Positions 38,638 to 47,909 of a stretch of DNA of 64,000 bases are shown here, piece by piece. The position numbers were made by a program, and so were the translations under genes. The stretch comes from an uncultured Pseudomonadota bacterium (GTDB lineage Bacteria > Oederibacteriota > Muellerivitia > Muellerivitales > Muellerivitaceae). The stretch covers positions 25,076 through 89,075 of the forward strand of contig CAVYRH010000007.1 of the NCBI GenBank assembly GCA_963770835.1, written 5' to 3'. The notes beneath the pieces were generated by a model. That model saw nothing but the letters and a program-made list of their open reading frames with translations, was not told where the DNA came from and did not search any database. The first letter of the stretch is position 1, and each line of letters starts with the position of its first letter.

Positions 38638-40173
38638 CTAGTTTCTCCAGACGCTCCGGTCCAAATTGCGATATTGAATGGCCTCAGCGATATAGGCGGG
38701 TTGGATGGCCTCGACGCCATCCAGGTCGGCGATAGTACGGGCGACTTTTAATATGCGGTCGTAAGCCCGGGCCGAGAGGCCGAATTTCTCCATGGCCGTT
38801 TTCAGGAGCGTTTGGGAGGGTTCGTCCAAACCGCAGTATTTCCGGAGTTGGGAAGTCCCCATCTGGGCATTGCAATGCAGGCCTTCTCCTTCGAAGCGCT
38901 TTTGCTGTATGTCCCGGGCCCGGCTGATCCTTTCCCGGATGGTGCCGGAGGGTTCACTGGGCTGGGTGTCCGAGATTTCCTTCCACTTCAAGGCCGGCAC
39001 CTCGATGTGCAGGTCGATCCGGTCCAAGAGGGGCCCTGAGATTTTACTCAGGTATTTCTGGATTTGGTGGGGGGTGCAGGTGCATTCCCGGGAAGGGTCG
39101 GTGTAATAGCCGCAGGGGCAGGGGTTCATGGCCGCCGCCAGCATGAACTGGGCTGGAAAGCTTAGGGTGGACTGGACCCGCGCAATCGTGACCATACCGT
39201 CCTCCAAAGGTTGGCGTAAAACTTCCAAGACGTTTTTATTGAATTCCGGAAATTCGTCCAAAAATAAGACGCCATGATGCGCCAAACTAACTTCACCCGG
39301 TTTTGGAATAGTCCCACCACCAATGAGGCCCGCATCTGAAACCGTATGGTGTGGAGAGCGGAAGGGCCGCACGGCGGTCAAGGCTTTGCGTCGTCCCAGG
39401 GTTCCCGCTATGGAGTGAATCTTGGTAGTTTGGATGGCTTCCTCCAATGAGAGGGAAGGAAGGATTGTCGGCAGGCGCTTGGTCAGCATGGTTTTGCCCG
39501 AGCCCGGAGGACCGACCAGTAAAATATTATGGCCCCCCGCCGCCCCGATTTCCAAGGCTCTTTTGGCGTTCTCTTGCCCTTTGACGTCGGAGAAATCGAC
39601 CTTGTAGGACGAATGGTTGCGGAACTCCTCTTCGATATTCACTTGAATGCGTGGGAGCTTTTTGGCGCCGCTCAGGAATTCGAAGGTTTCGCGAAGGTTT
39701 TTCACCGCGTAAACCGGCACTTCCTGGACCACTGCCGCTTCCTTGGCGTTTTCGGAGGGCACCAGCAACCCCTTCACATGGGCTTCCCGGGCCGCCAGGG
39801 CGATGGAAAGTGCACCCCGGATGGGCCGGATTTTTCCGTCTAGGGCCAGTTCGCCCACCATCCAAAAATCCTCCACGGCATTTTGGGGCAGGCGCTCGGA
39901 GGCGACGAGGATGCCGACCGCCATGGGCAAGTCGAAGGAAGGGCCTTCTTTTTTGGTATCGGCAGGGGCCAGGTTGACGGTGATGCGTTGGATGGGGAAG
40001 TTAAAATGGGAATTGGTGATCGCGCTTTTGACCCGGTCCTTGGATTCCTTGACGGCGGCGTCGGGTAATCCTACGGTTTGGAAAGTGGGAAGGCCGGGGG
40101 CGATATCGACTTCCACCTCCACGGCGTAGGCGTCGATCCCCAGGAGGGCGGCGCTTTTGATGTTACCGAGCAT
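38638..40173 (-). CDS. comM: YifB/ComM Mg-chelatase-like AAA+ ATPase
   Basis: [70 protein letters not shown]; start ATG 40173. Confidence 0.95.
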   Translation of the reverse strand: MLGNIKSAALLGIDAYAVEVEVDIAPGLPTFQTVGLPDAAVKESKDRVKSAITNSHFNFPIQRITVNLAPADTKKEGPSFDLPMAVGILVASERLPQNAVEDFWMVGELALDGKIRPIRGALSIALAAREAHVKGLLVPSENAKEAAVVQEVPVYAVKNLRETFEFLSGAKKLPRIQVNIEEEFRNHSSYKVDFSDVKGQENAKRALEIGAAGGHNILLVGPPGSGKTMLTKRLPTILPSLSLEEAIQTTKIHSIAGTLGRRKALTAVRPFRSPHHTVSDAGLIGGGTIPKPGEVSLAHHGVLFLDEFPEFNKNVLEVLRQPLEDGMVTIARVQSTLSFPAQFMLAAAMNPCPCGYYTDPSRECTCTPHQIQKYLSKISGPLLDRIDLHIEVPALKWKEISDTQPSEPSGTIRERISRARDIQQKRFEGEGLHCNAQMGTSQLRKYCGLDEPSQTLLKTAMEKFGLSARAYDRILKVARTIADLDGVEAIQPAYIAEAIQYRNLDRSVWRN

Positions 40174-40301
40174 GAACCCTACCCGAATTGGAATGAGGCG
40201 TTGGAAAGGGTGTAGGAGGGGTATATAACAAGCGTTCCCGGAATTATCAACAAAATATGCACCACAAACCCTGCAAAACTCCCGCAAAAGGGGCGTTTTG
40301 C

Positions 40302-40330
40302 TTGAAAAAGGCCTAGAGCGCGGGTAAGAT
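40302..40330 (+). promoter_or_regulatory. sigma70-type promoter
   Basis: TTGAAA-N17-TAAGAT upstream of ATG 40374. Confidence 0.55.
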
Positions 40331-40373
40331 ACCGCCTCTGTTGCCCGCTAAAAACCCATCAAAGGTGCTATTC

Positions 40374-40657
40374 ATGAACCAAACGCCAACGGCCGAAAAA
40401 GTCAAAGTGACCATTCACGAGAAGGATTTCGAGGTTGAAGTATTTGAGAAGGACAGGGAAAATTATTCGCCAAAAGCCACGTGAATAATTTTGGTGAGAT
40501 TATGGTTCCCGATTTCGGGGGTGGAAGGGAAAAGGCCCTCCAAAATATCCAGGCCCGCATCGGAAATATCATGACTGCCATGCAAGCGGATGAGGCCCGT
40601 GAGGCCCGCCGGAAGGAATGGGAAGAAGAACAGGCCAAGAAACAGCAGGGCCAGTAA
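40374..40657 (+). pseudogene. small hypothetical gene interrupted by a 1-nt frameshift (pseudogene or sequence error)
   Basis: MNQTPTAEKVKVTIHEKDFEVEVFEK reads to TGA 40484; the -1 frame from about 40451 continues GQGKLFAKSHVNNFGE...EWEEEQAKKQQGQ* to 40657. Promoter and terminator flank it. Confidence 0.65.
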
Positions 40658-40733
40658 GCCGGCTGCCACCGGCCACTCGACAGTTCGTGCCCCGGCTTAA
40701 CGGCCGGGCACTGAGGGGATCCCCCCCTCTTTG

Positions 40734-40765
40734 AAGCCTCGGATCCCCATCCGGGGCTTTTTTTT
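40734..40765 (+). terminator. rho-independent terminator
   Basis: AAGCCTCGGAT-cccc-ATCCGGGGCTT stem running into a T8 tract. Confidence 0.8.
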
Positions 40766-40769
40766 ACAC

Positions 40770-40880
40770 CAGTTGGCAGTTCACAGTCCGCAGCTATGGA
40801 TTTGAAAGCCAAGTCATTAAGGTTGGTTTGGGTTTGCCGGGATTGGCTGCGAACTGCTAGCTGCCGACTGCCAGCTGCCG
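40770..40880. repeat. heptamer-unit inverted repeat element
   Basis: CAGTTGG CAGTTCA CAGTCCG CAGCTAT ... CTGCGAA CTGCTAG CTGCCGA CTGCCAG; same family as 53174-53266. Confidence 0.8.
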
Positions 40881-41336
40881 TTATTCGATCCAGAAGCTGA
40901 TAACTTCCAGGTTTTTGTTGGCTTGGCGGAGACGGTTCGAAAGTACCTTGATGATGATATCCATCAATTTCAAGGCCGTATGGGGTTTTTCACGGCGTAA
41001 TTTCTGGTAGCCGTCCAGGGAGACCATGAGGACCTCGCTGTCGGCGGTGGCGCGTACCGTAGCGGAGCGGGGAAGCCCGTCCAAAAGGGCCATTTCCCCG
41101 AAAAACTCGCCAGGGTTCAAAACTGCGATGGTGTTTTCCTGGTTTTTCACCTTTTTAAGAATCTTCACCGAACCCGACTTGATGACATACATGCTGTCGC
41201 CCTTGGAGTCCTCGTCGAAAACCAGCTCATCCTTCTTGACGGATTTTTCTTCGCCCACAGAGCCCAGGGCCTCCAGGTCGTTTCCATCAAAGGTTTTGAA
41301 GGGGGCGTATTTGGCGAGGTAACTCACATCAGGCAT
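40881..41336 (-). CDS. stand-alone cyclic nucleotide-binding domain protein
   Basis: GDSMYVIKSGSV and GEFFGEMALLDGLPRSATVRA phosphate-binding cassette; no HTH; 151 aa. Confidence 0.92.
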   Translation of the reverse strand: MPDVSYLAKYAPFKTFDGNDLEALGSVGEEKSVKKDELVFDEDSKGDSMYVIKSGSVKILKKVKNQENTIAVLNPGEFFGEMALLDGLPRSATVRATADSEVLMVSLDGYQKLRREKPHTALKLMDIIIKVLSNRLRQANKNLEVISFWIE

Positions 41337-41479
41337 AAAAATCTCCTTGGGTTTTGGTGTCCCTCAATTGTAGGAATCTTCCCTTAAGACGCAAGCCCAA
41401 AATCAGCTGTCGGTTAAAACCTAAATCCAAGGTCTTTAAAACCGCTCTTGGCACGATGGTTGAGGACAAACGACCGGCG

Positions 41480-43405
41480 TTAAAAGAAACCATGTTTGAT
41501 TGCGGATTTTTGGGTTTGGGTGTTCGGCGGGATGGGAGACGCGGGAATGGAAGGCGGCTTCGGGGTGGTGGAGAGGGAAGGCATGGGAACGGGCGTAGGG
41601 GGGGCTTGCGGAGCATCTTCCAATAATTCATCGTCGCCCATGTGGGAGGATCGGATGGCTTCAACGGCCTCCAGGACCTGGGCTTCCTGTTCCACGCTTT
41701 GGGTGTCCACTTGGACAATGGCGTTCAAGACTTCTTCCTCGTCGAGGACATAGCCGTCAAGGGCGGAAGCGGGTAGGGGTTGGTCTGGATTGTAGATGGG
41801 GATGGAGGAAACGGCTTCTTCTTCCGGCTGGTAGGCTGATGAGGCGGCTTCGGCCTGGACCGGCTGGGGATGTTGCTCCGGTTGGGGTTCGGAGGCTTTG
41901 GCGGTTTCGGGCAGACCTTGAGTTTCCACGAAGGGAGGTGCGGCAAGGGCGGGCCGGGGAACAGCCTGAGGTTCGACAGTTTCCGGTTTTGAGGTGGCGA
42001 TCGGCGGCATTGGAGCGGGTTCAGGGGCCGGAGTTGGGGCAGGGGGCGCCATGGCCGCTGGGGGTTCGGGAGCAGGCGCTGGGGCCTGGATCGGCGAGGG
42101 AACTGTTGGGACGGTCGCAGGGGTTGCCGGGGCGGGCGCCTTGGCCGCAGGGACCGATGGAGCGGCCATCGCCGGAGGCGCCGAGGCTTGGGGGTTTTTG
42201 GCCGCTTTGGCCTTGGCCAGGACCTGTTTTAAGTATTCCTTGGGGTCGGTCAGTTTCACTCCGCCGGCGGACGGCGCAGAGGCGGCCGCTTCGGGTGCCC
42301 CCGGAGTGGAAGAAGCGGCGGGCGCGGTGGCCGCTTCCGTAGGCGCCGGTTCGGAAACCGGAGCGTCCTGTTTTTTCATGTTCAATTGTTTTTCCAGCTC
42401 GTCCAGGCTGGTGTTTCTCAATTTGGCGATGCGGGTTTTGGCCTCGTCCACCATGGCGCCTGTCTCATGGATGCGGACAAACTTCTCGTATTCCGCCACG
42501 GCTTTTTCCACGATGCCCTTGTTCTCGTAAACCTGGCCCAGGATGAAATGGGCGTTGGCGTAGCTGGGTTCCAGCTGGATGGCGACGCGGTATTCCTTGA
42601 TGGCTTGCTTGTAAAGGCGGAGCTTGTCGTAAATCAAGCCTACCGTGTTGTGGATCTTGGCGCTTTGCGGGTTGAGGGTGATGACCTGGCCGAAAGTCTC
42701 AAGGGCCTTTTGCAAATCCCCTTTGCGCTCATAGGCGAACCCCATGGACATGAAGGCCGCCTCAAAGCGGGGGTCCAGCCGGGTGGCCTCCAGGAAGGAT
42801 TTGATGGCCTTATCATGGAGTTCCTGTTTGGCGTAGAGGGTGCCCATGTCGTAGGCCACCTTGGCCTTGTTCTTTCCCGACTTGGCGGCTTCCTCCAGCC
42901 GTTTCAGCGCCACGTCCATATTACCGGCGGTGTCCTTGTCGATTCCCAGGCGGTGGTAGGACTCGGCGTAGGAGGGATCCAATTCCACGGCGGTTTGGAA
43001 GACCTGCATGGCTTGGGCGAACTGGCCCAATTCATAATAAACGTTCCCCAGGTTATTGTAGAAGGTGGCGACCTTGGGGTTGCGGGCAATGGCGTCCTCA
43101 AAGGTCTTGATGGCTTCCTTGTATTTCTCGCAGCGGGCCAGGGTCAGTCCCAGGTTGTTCCAGGCCTCGGGAGAATTGTTGTCAATGGAAATGACCTTCT
43201 TGAAAATCTGGATGGCGTCGTCATATTGGCCCATGTCGGAATAAATAAAGCCCATGGCCGTATGGGCTTCCTTGTAGTTGGGATCGATATCCAGCGCTTT
43301 TTGCAGTTCCTTCAGGGCTTTGGCCGTATCACCCTGCTCGGAAAGTTTTTGCGCGGATTCGACCAGTTCTTTTTTCTTGTCGTCCTTGCTGCCGAAGAGT
43401 CCCAT
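41480..43405 (-). CDS. TPR-repeat protein with Pro/Ala-rich C-terminal region
   Basis: About nine 34-aa TPR units (AWNNLG, FYNNLG, AHFILG) followed by a low-complexity tail. Confidence 0.9.
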   Translation of the reverse strand: MGLFGSKDDKKKELVESAQKLSEQGDTAKALKELQKALDIDPNYKEAHTAMGFIYSDMGQYDDAIQIFKKVISIDNNSPEAWNNLGLTLARCEKYKEAIKTFEDAIARNPKVATFYNNLGNVYYELGQFAQAMQVFQTAVELDPSYAESYHRLGIDKDTAGNMDVALKRLEEAAKSGKNKAKVAYDMGTLYAKQELHDKAIKSFLEATRLDPRFEAAFMSMGFAYERKGDLQKALETFGQVITLNPQSAKIHNTVGLIYDKLRLYKQAIKEYRVAIQLEPSYANAHFILGQVYENKGIVEKAVAEYEKFVRIHETGAMVDEAKTRIAKLRNTSLDELEKQLNMKKQDAPVSEPAPTEAATAPAASSTPGAPEAAASAPSAGGVKLTDPKEYLKQVLAKAKAAKNPQASAPPAMAAPSVPAAKAPAPATPATVPTVPSPIQAPAPAPEPPAAMAPPAPTPAPEPAPMPPIATSKPETVEPQAVPRPALAAPPFVETQGLPETAKASEPQPEQHPQPVQAEAASSAYQPEEEAVSSIPIYNPDQPLPASALDGYVLDEEEVLNAIVQVDTQSVEQEAQVLEAVEAIRSSHMGDDELLEDAPQAPPTPVPMPSLSTTPKPPSIPASPIPPNTQTQKSAIKHGFF

Positions 43406-43456
43406 GATTTTTGCCGTTTAACCCTAGAGAAATTTGAGGAATTGGAGAGGTGCCAT

Positions 43457-43486
43457 ATTTTATCGCCGGTTCTTTTGAAAGGTCAA
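43457..43486 (-). promoter_or_regulatory. sigma70-type promoter for the TPR gene
   Basis: Minus strand TTGACC-N18-TAAAAT. Confidence 0.5.
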
Positions 43487-43534
43487 CGTGAACCGGCTTT
43501 TTCTTTGGTTTGGAAGGCGTGAATTAATTTTTGG

Positions 43535-44917
43535 TTAAGCGCGGGGAAAACCAGGGGGCATGGCGCCAGGTGGAAATCCCGCGCCCCGCCCGCTCATCAG
43601 ATTCTGCAGGTTGCGGTCGGCTCCCCCTTTTTTCACCATCTTCCGCATCATGTCATATTGCTTTAAAAGAGTGTTGATTTCATCGGGGCGGGTGCCGCTG
43701 CCCGAGGCGATACGGCGTTTCCGGGAACCATCCAATAATTGGGGAAAGCGCCTTTCCTTGGCCGTCATGGAAAGCAAGATCGCCTCCATCCGTTTGATTT
43801 TTTTCTCATCCGGCGCATTGGCCATCATTTGTTGTTTTTGGGCCTGGGCGCCGGGGAGCATGTTGATGATTTCGTTCATGGAGCCCATTTTTTTGAGTTG
43901 GCGGATCTGGTCCAGCATGTGGTCCAGGTTGAAGTCGTTACCCTTGACGGCCTTCTGCTTTTCAAAGGACGATTGCCGGGCGACTTCTTCGGCTTTCTCG
44001 ATCAGGGTCAGCATGTCGCCCATCCCGAGGATGCGGGAAGCCATGCGGTCCGGGTAAAAGGGCTCCAAGCCCTCCATTTTCTCGCTCACCCCGACGAATT
44101 GGATGGGGACCCCCGTGACGGAAGTAATGGAAAAAATGGCCCCACCCCGGGCGTCGCCGTCGGCTTTGGTCAGGACTAGGCCCGTCAAGGGCAGGCGGGC
44201 GTGGAAAGAGGTGGCCACATTGACGGCGTTTTGGCCCGTCATGGCGTCCACAACCAGCATGATATTGGTGGGCTTCAATTTTTTATGGATTTCGGCGATC
44301 TCCTCCATCATGTGCTCGTCGATCTGGAGGCGGCCCGCCGTATCCAATATGAGGATGTTGGCATCGTTCTGAAGGCAGGTCTTGACGGCCCTCACGCAGA
44401 CATCCAGCGCTTTTTCTCCACCCTCGGGCTTGAAGATGGGAACGCCGATCTCCTTGGCCAATACGGCCAACTGGTCGATGGCGGCGGGACGGACAAGATC
44501 GGCGGCCACCAAGCCCGGTTTTCGGCCGTCCTTCTTCAACCACAAGGCCAGCTTGGCGGCCGTGGTAGTTTTGCCGGTTCCCTGGAGGCCGGCTAAGAGA
44601 ATCAGGGTGGGGGGGGCTGGCGCGAACTTGAGCTTGGTGGCGTTCTTGTCCTTGGGGGTCAGGAGGGCAATCAGTTCTTCGTGGACGATCTTGACCATGA
44701 CCTGCCCCGGGGTGAGGCTTAAGGCCACTTCCTTGCCGAGGGCCTTGATTTTGATCCTTTCGAGGAAAAGCTTGACGGTCTCGAGGTTGACATCGGCGTC
44801 CAAAAGGGCCAGGCGGACTTCCTTCAAGGCTTCCTCGACGTTTTCCTCGCTGATCTTTCCTTGGCCGCGGAGGTTCTTGAAGACTTTTTGGATTTTTTCG
44901 GTGAGTTGCTCGAACAT
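43535..44917 (-). CDS. ffh: signal recognition particle protein
   Basis: ALLDADV, GLQGTGKTT, DTAGR, TKADGDARGG, FYPDRMASRILGMGD, SRKRRIASGSG; start MFEQL at 44917. Confidence 0.97.
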   Translation of the reverse strand: MFEQLTEKIQKVFKNLRGQGKISEENVEEALKEVRLALLDADVNLETVKLFLERIKIKALGKEVALSLTPGQVMVKIVHEELIALLTPKDKNATKLKFAPAPPTLILLAGLQGTGKTTTAAKLALWLKKDGRKPGLVAADLVRPAAIDQLAVLAKEIGVPIFKPEGGEKALDVCVRAVKTCLQNDANILILDTAGRLQIDEHMMEEIAEIHKKLKPTNIMLVVDAMTGQNAVNVATSFHARLPLTGLVLTKADGDARGGAIFSITSVTGVPIQFVGVSEKMEGLEPFYPDRMASRILGMGDMLTLIEKAEEVARQSSFEKQKAVKGNDFNLDHMLDQIRQLKKMGSMNEIINMLPGAQAQKQQMMANAPDEKKIKRMEAILLSMTAKERRFPQLLDGSRKRRIASGSGTRPDEINTLLKQYDMMRKMVKKGGADRNLQNLMSGRGAGFPPGAMPPGFPRA

Positions 44918-45002
44918 GAAGACATTTCCTGTCATAGATATAAGGGGCGGTCGATTTTAAGGCCAATCCTGCCAAAAGAAAAGGCGGGGTTGTGGCGGGT
45001 GC

Positions 45003-45500
45003 TTAATTTGTTTCCTTGAGCGCCTGAAACGCCCAATCAAGCAGGATTTTTTTATCCGGTGCGCTTAACGGCTGGCCGAATTTTAAAACCTTTTGGATTT
45101 CGGGTGGCATCCATCCTTTTTGAAGCGCCCTCACCATATCCTTCAAATCATCCTTCGGATTGTCACTGCCAGGAAAGGGAAAGGTGATATCCATCCGAAG
45201 TTCGTTTTGAGCTTTGGCAATAGTTTTTACGGCTTTTTTCCTCAAAGCGGGATCTTGGATGCCATCGGTGCCTTGGGGCTGGGGCCCATGGCAGGCAAAA
45301 CAACTTTGCCGGAGGATTGGAAGGGCTGTTTTCGAAAAATCAGATCGAATGGACGGGGCCGGGGAGACGGAAGGAGTCCCTGTGGTTTTGTTATCGGCTT
45401 GGAGAACGGAAGCCGCAAAAAGGATTCCGGCCAGCGGGGTGAAAAAAACGGCTTTGGCTTTCCGCGTTTTGGGAAGGGGCATTTCTTTTACTTTGATCAT
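45003..45500 (-). CDS. secreted c-type cytochrome / haem-binding domain protein
   Basis: Signal-like segment, ILRQSCFACHG, distal WMPP, ILLDWA; start uncertain. Confidence 0.75.
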   Translation of the reverse strand: MIKVKEMPLPKTRKAKAVFFTPLAGILFAASVLQADNKTTGTPSVSPAPSIRSDFSKTALPILRQSCFACHGPQPQGTDGIQDPALRKKAVKTIAKAQNELRMDITFPFPGSDNPKDDLKDMVRALQKGWMPPEIQKVLKFGQPLSAPDKKILLDWAFQALKETN

Positions 45501-45571
45501 TTCTCCGGTTTCACCGGCTGGTGGATTTTGAGGTAATTTCAAATCAAAACTATGCTTCCCCTAAAACTTCA

Positions 45572-46189
45572 TTAGGATTTTTCGCCCAATAGAATTTCCA
45601 GGTCCTTGTCCAGGGTCAAAAGGGATTGCTCATCGTCACTGTTGTAATAGCCGCGGATCCGCCCTTGGCGGTCCACGAGAGTGAACCGGATGCTGTGCAC
45701 GAAATCGGAATCCGGTCCCCCTTGGGCCGGGAGTTTGAATCCGTTTTTCGCGAGCCGGGTCACGTCCTCGTAATTACCAGTCAAAAAGGACCAGCTGTTC
45801 GTATCCGCGCCGTAATCCTTAGCGTATTGAGCCAGTTCCCCTGGAGTGTCCCGGGGGTCCATGGTAAAGGAAACGAAATAAATACCTTTCCCCTTCCACT
45901 GCTCTTGGACCTTTTCCATGACTTTGGTCATAAGGGGACACTGGGTGGTGCAATGGACATACATAAAATCCGCCACCCAAACTTTTCCCTTCAAATTATC
46001 CAATGTGAATTTTTTTCCATGGGTATCCGTCAGGGAAAAAGCGGGTATGTTTCCAAGGGGTTGGAGGGTCCGGGGCGGTTTATCCGTTAATATCGCAAAA
46101 GCCAGGGCTGCCACCAGGAGGGCGGCGAAAACGTAAACAAAAATCTCCTGGCGGTCCAGCCTGGTCCGTTCCATGGTGGTCGTGTTCAT
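45572..46189 (-). CDS. SCO1/SenC-family copper chaperone
   Basis: TM anchor, LKGKVWVADF, CTTQCP (CxxxC), WSFLTG, HS.RF.LVD.QG.IRGYY. Confidence 0.93.
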   Translation of the reverse strand: MNTTTMERTRLDRQEIFVYVFAALLVAALAFAILTDKPPRTLQPLGNIPAFSLTDTHGKKFTLDNLKGKVWVADFMYVHCTTQCPLMTKVMEKVQEQWKGKGIYFVSFTMDPRDTPGELAQYAKDYGADTNSWSFLTGNYEDVTRLAKNGFKLPAQGGPDSDFVHSIRFTLVDRQGRIRGYYNSDDEQSLLTLDKDLEILLGEKS

Positions 46190-46201
46190 GATGACGTCCT
46201 G

Positions 46202-46537
46202 TTAATGGCTGTTCATGGCGTCGGGTGTGGAAGAGGGGGCGGCGTCCGCAGGCGCCTTTGATTTCACCAAGTCCATCCCGCATTTGGGGCATTTCCCATC
46301 CTTGGTCCTTGGGCCGCTGTAGTCTCCCATGGGACAAACCCAAACGACCTTGGTTTTCTTTTTCTTCTGGACTTTTTTGGACTTCGGCTGAACGGCCCGG
46401 GTGGCTTGAACCGTCGGCTGCGATGAGGCGGGCGTAGACATGGCCATTCCGGACATGTTATCCGCCCAAACAGTGGTGGAAAGAATTCCAAAGAGTGACA
46501 GAATTGCCATCGAACGGCTTAAAAAATTGGTTTTCAT
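46202..46537 (-). CDS. secreted heavy-metal-binding domain protein
   Basis: Signal peptide, MSGMAM, WVCPMG...GKCPKCGMDLV. Confidence 0.8.
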   Translation of the reverse strand: MKTNFLSRSMAILSLFGILSTTVWADNMSGMAMSTPASSQPTVQATRAVQPKSKKVQKKKKTKVVWVCPMGDYSGPRTKDGKCPKCGMDLVKSKAPADAAPSSTPDAMNSH

Positions 46538-46762
46538 TTTTTCTCCTTAATGAAGTTGTTCCCCTCCGGGCCGGAACCTGGAAGGGATTTTCGAACGGTT
46601 TTTACTGGAAAAACTACGGCTTGGTGGATTAAAAATTGTGGCGGGGGTGTCACACTTTTCGAACGGCGCGGACACATCGAGGGAAAAGTTTCCCTCGATG
46701 GTTTCAAACTCAAATATTCATAATTGGCGAGAGTCCGCGGGACCAATAGAGATCAGTCCGTC

Positions 46763-47767
46763 TTAAAACTGGTATCCGACCCCAAAGTTGAGCAAGTATG
46801 GAGCGACTTGCTGGTAACCATTTTCATCACGGTAGAGAGGTATATAGATGGCGGCATTGGCCAGCAAGTGTGAATCGATTCTATCCTGAAGACCCGGGGT
46901 CAAATAAAAGTTGGAGTATCCACTATCCGCATTCCCAAACGCCGCGTCGCCTCCACCTTGATCATAGTCTCGGAACTGGTAGTGGATCTCGAGGGTGGGA
47001 ATGAGACTGGTAGCCGTTTCAATTCCATGAAATTGGTCACCGATAGCCGCGTCGATGCTATCACCCGGCCGATATCCCTGGAAACTGTAAAGGGCATGTT
47101 CCCACAAAGCCTGTACATACCAGCTGCTAGGGCCTAAATTCCCGACTTTAAAAGCTCCCAGTAATGTATCCGTAGTGCCCGTTCCTGGCTGGGTATCCTG
47201 GTCCATGATCGGCTGGCCCTGGAAATAATCCCCGGCATCGTTCGGACCTGTCGGCAACTTGAGCCCGAATTGTATGCCAAGCGACATGTCATCGGACAAA
47301 CCCATATATTCACCCATGATGCGGATGTCTGACAGTACGGTAGCGTTGGATGACAATAATTGCGGGGTTACGCCCTGGCTGGCATCGGTTACGCCCGGAG
47401 TACCATTGTTATCAGTTACGAAATTTCGATTCCATACCGGTATCATCGCCATGAATCCCCAATCCTGATCAAATTGATGCTGAAAAAATAAAGTAAAGAA
47501 GTTAGTCTCTAGCTGTTTATCCGGGTTCAAGTCACCAGAAACAAGCCCCGTACCATGTTGAGTCTTATTCTGGTTCATGTAATCGTACTGTAAGGAAAAA
47601 GTTGTAGAGTAGTGCATATCTGGAAGGCCAGGAACTACTAGGTCGAAAATCCCGCATCCACAGGCACAGGCAGAAGCCAGATGAGGAATCGCCCCCAAGG
47701 TTATGATAATGGCTACAACCTCCCAAAACCGTCTCACTTTTAAATTTAATCGTTTAAACCTGGTCAT
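46763..47767 (-). CDS. putative outer-membrane beta-barrel with N-terminal CxCGC motif
   Basis: ATG 47767 after AAAGGAG; ASA-CACGCG, GLKLPTG, QPGTGTTD, terminal GYQF; visibly lower GC than its flanks. Confidence 0.75.
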   Translation of the reverse strand: MTRFKRLNLKVRRFWEVVAIIITLGAIPHLASACACGCGIFDLVVPGLPDMHYSTTFSLQYDYMNQNKTQHGTGLVSGDLNPDKQLETNFFTLFFQHQFDQDWGFMAMIPVWNRNFVTDNNGTPGVTDASQGVTPQLLSSNATVLSDIRIMGEYMGLSDDMSLGIQFGLKLPTGPNDAGDYFQGQPIMDQDTQPGTGTTDTLLGAFKVGNLGPSSWYVQALWEHALYSFQGYRPGDSIDAAIGDQFHGIETATSLIPTLEIHYQFRDYDQGGGDAAFGNADSGYSNFYLTPGLQDRIDSHLLANAAIYIPLYRDENGYQQVAPYLLNFGVGYQF

Positions 47768-47909
47768 GACTTCTCCTTTGTGAAAATTAAATTTGGGATA
47801 AAAGTTTTGAATTTCGACATTGAATCCCAAGAAATATTTTTAAAACGACGTAGCATGAAATACCTGCTCGAATGGAATGATCTCTCAACAGACTTTCAAA
47901 AGCCTGTCC

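Noticed and set aside
41448-41463. Plus-strand TTGGCACGATGGTTGA as a sigma54 promoter
   Set aside because: It lacks the -12 GC (TTGA), points antisense into the TPR gene, and I noticed no upstream box.
42386-43522. 378-aa plus-strand ORF
   Set aside because: It is antisense to the well-supported TPR gene and has no recognisable motifs.
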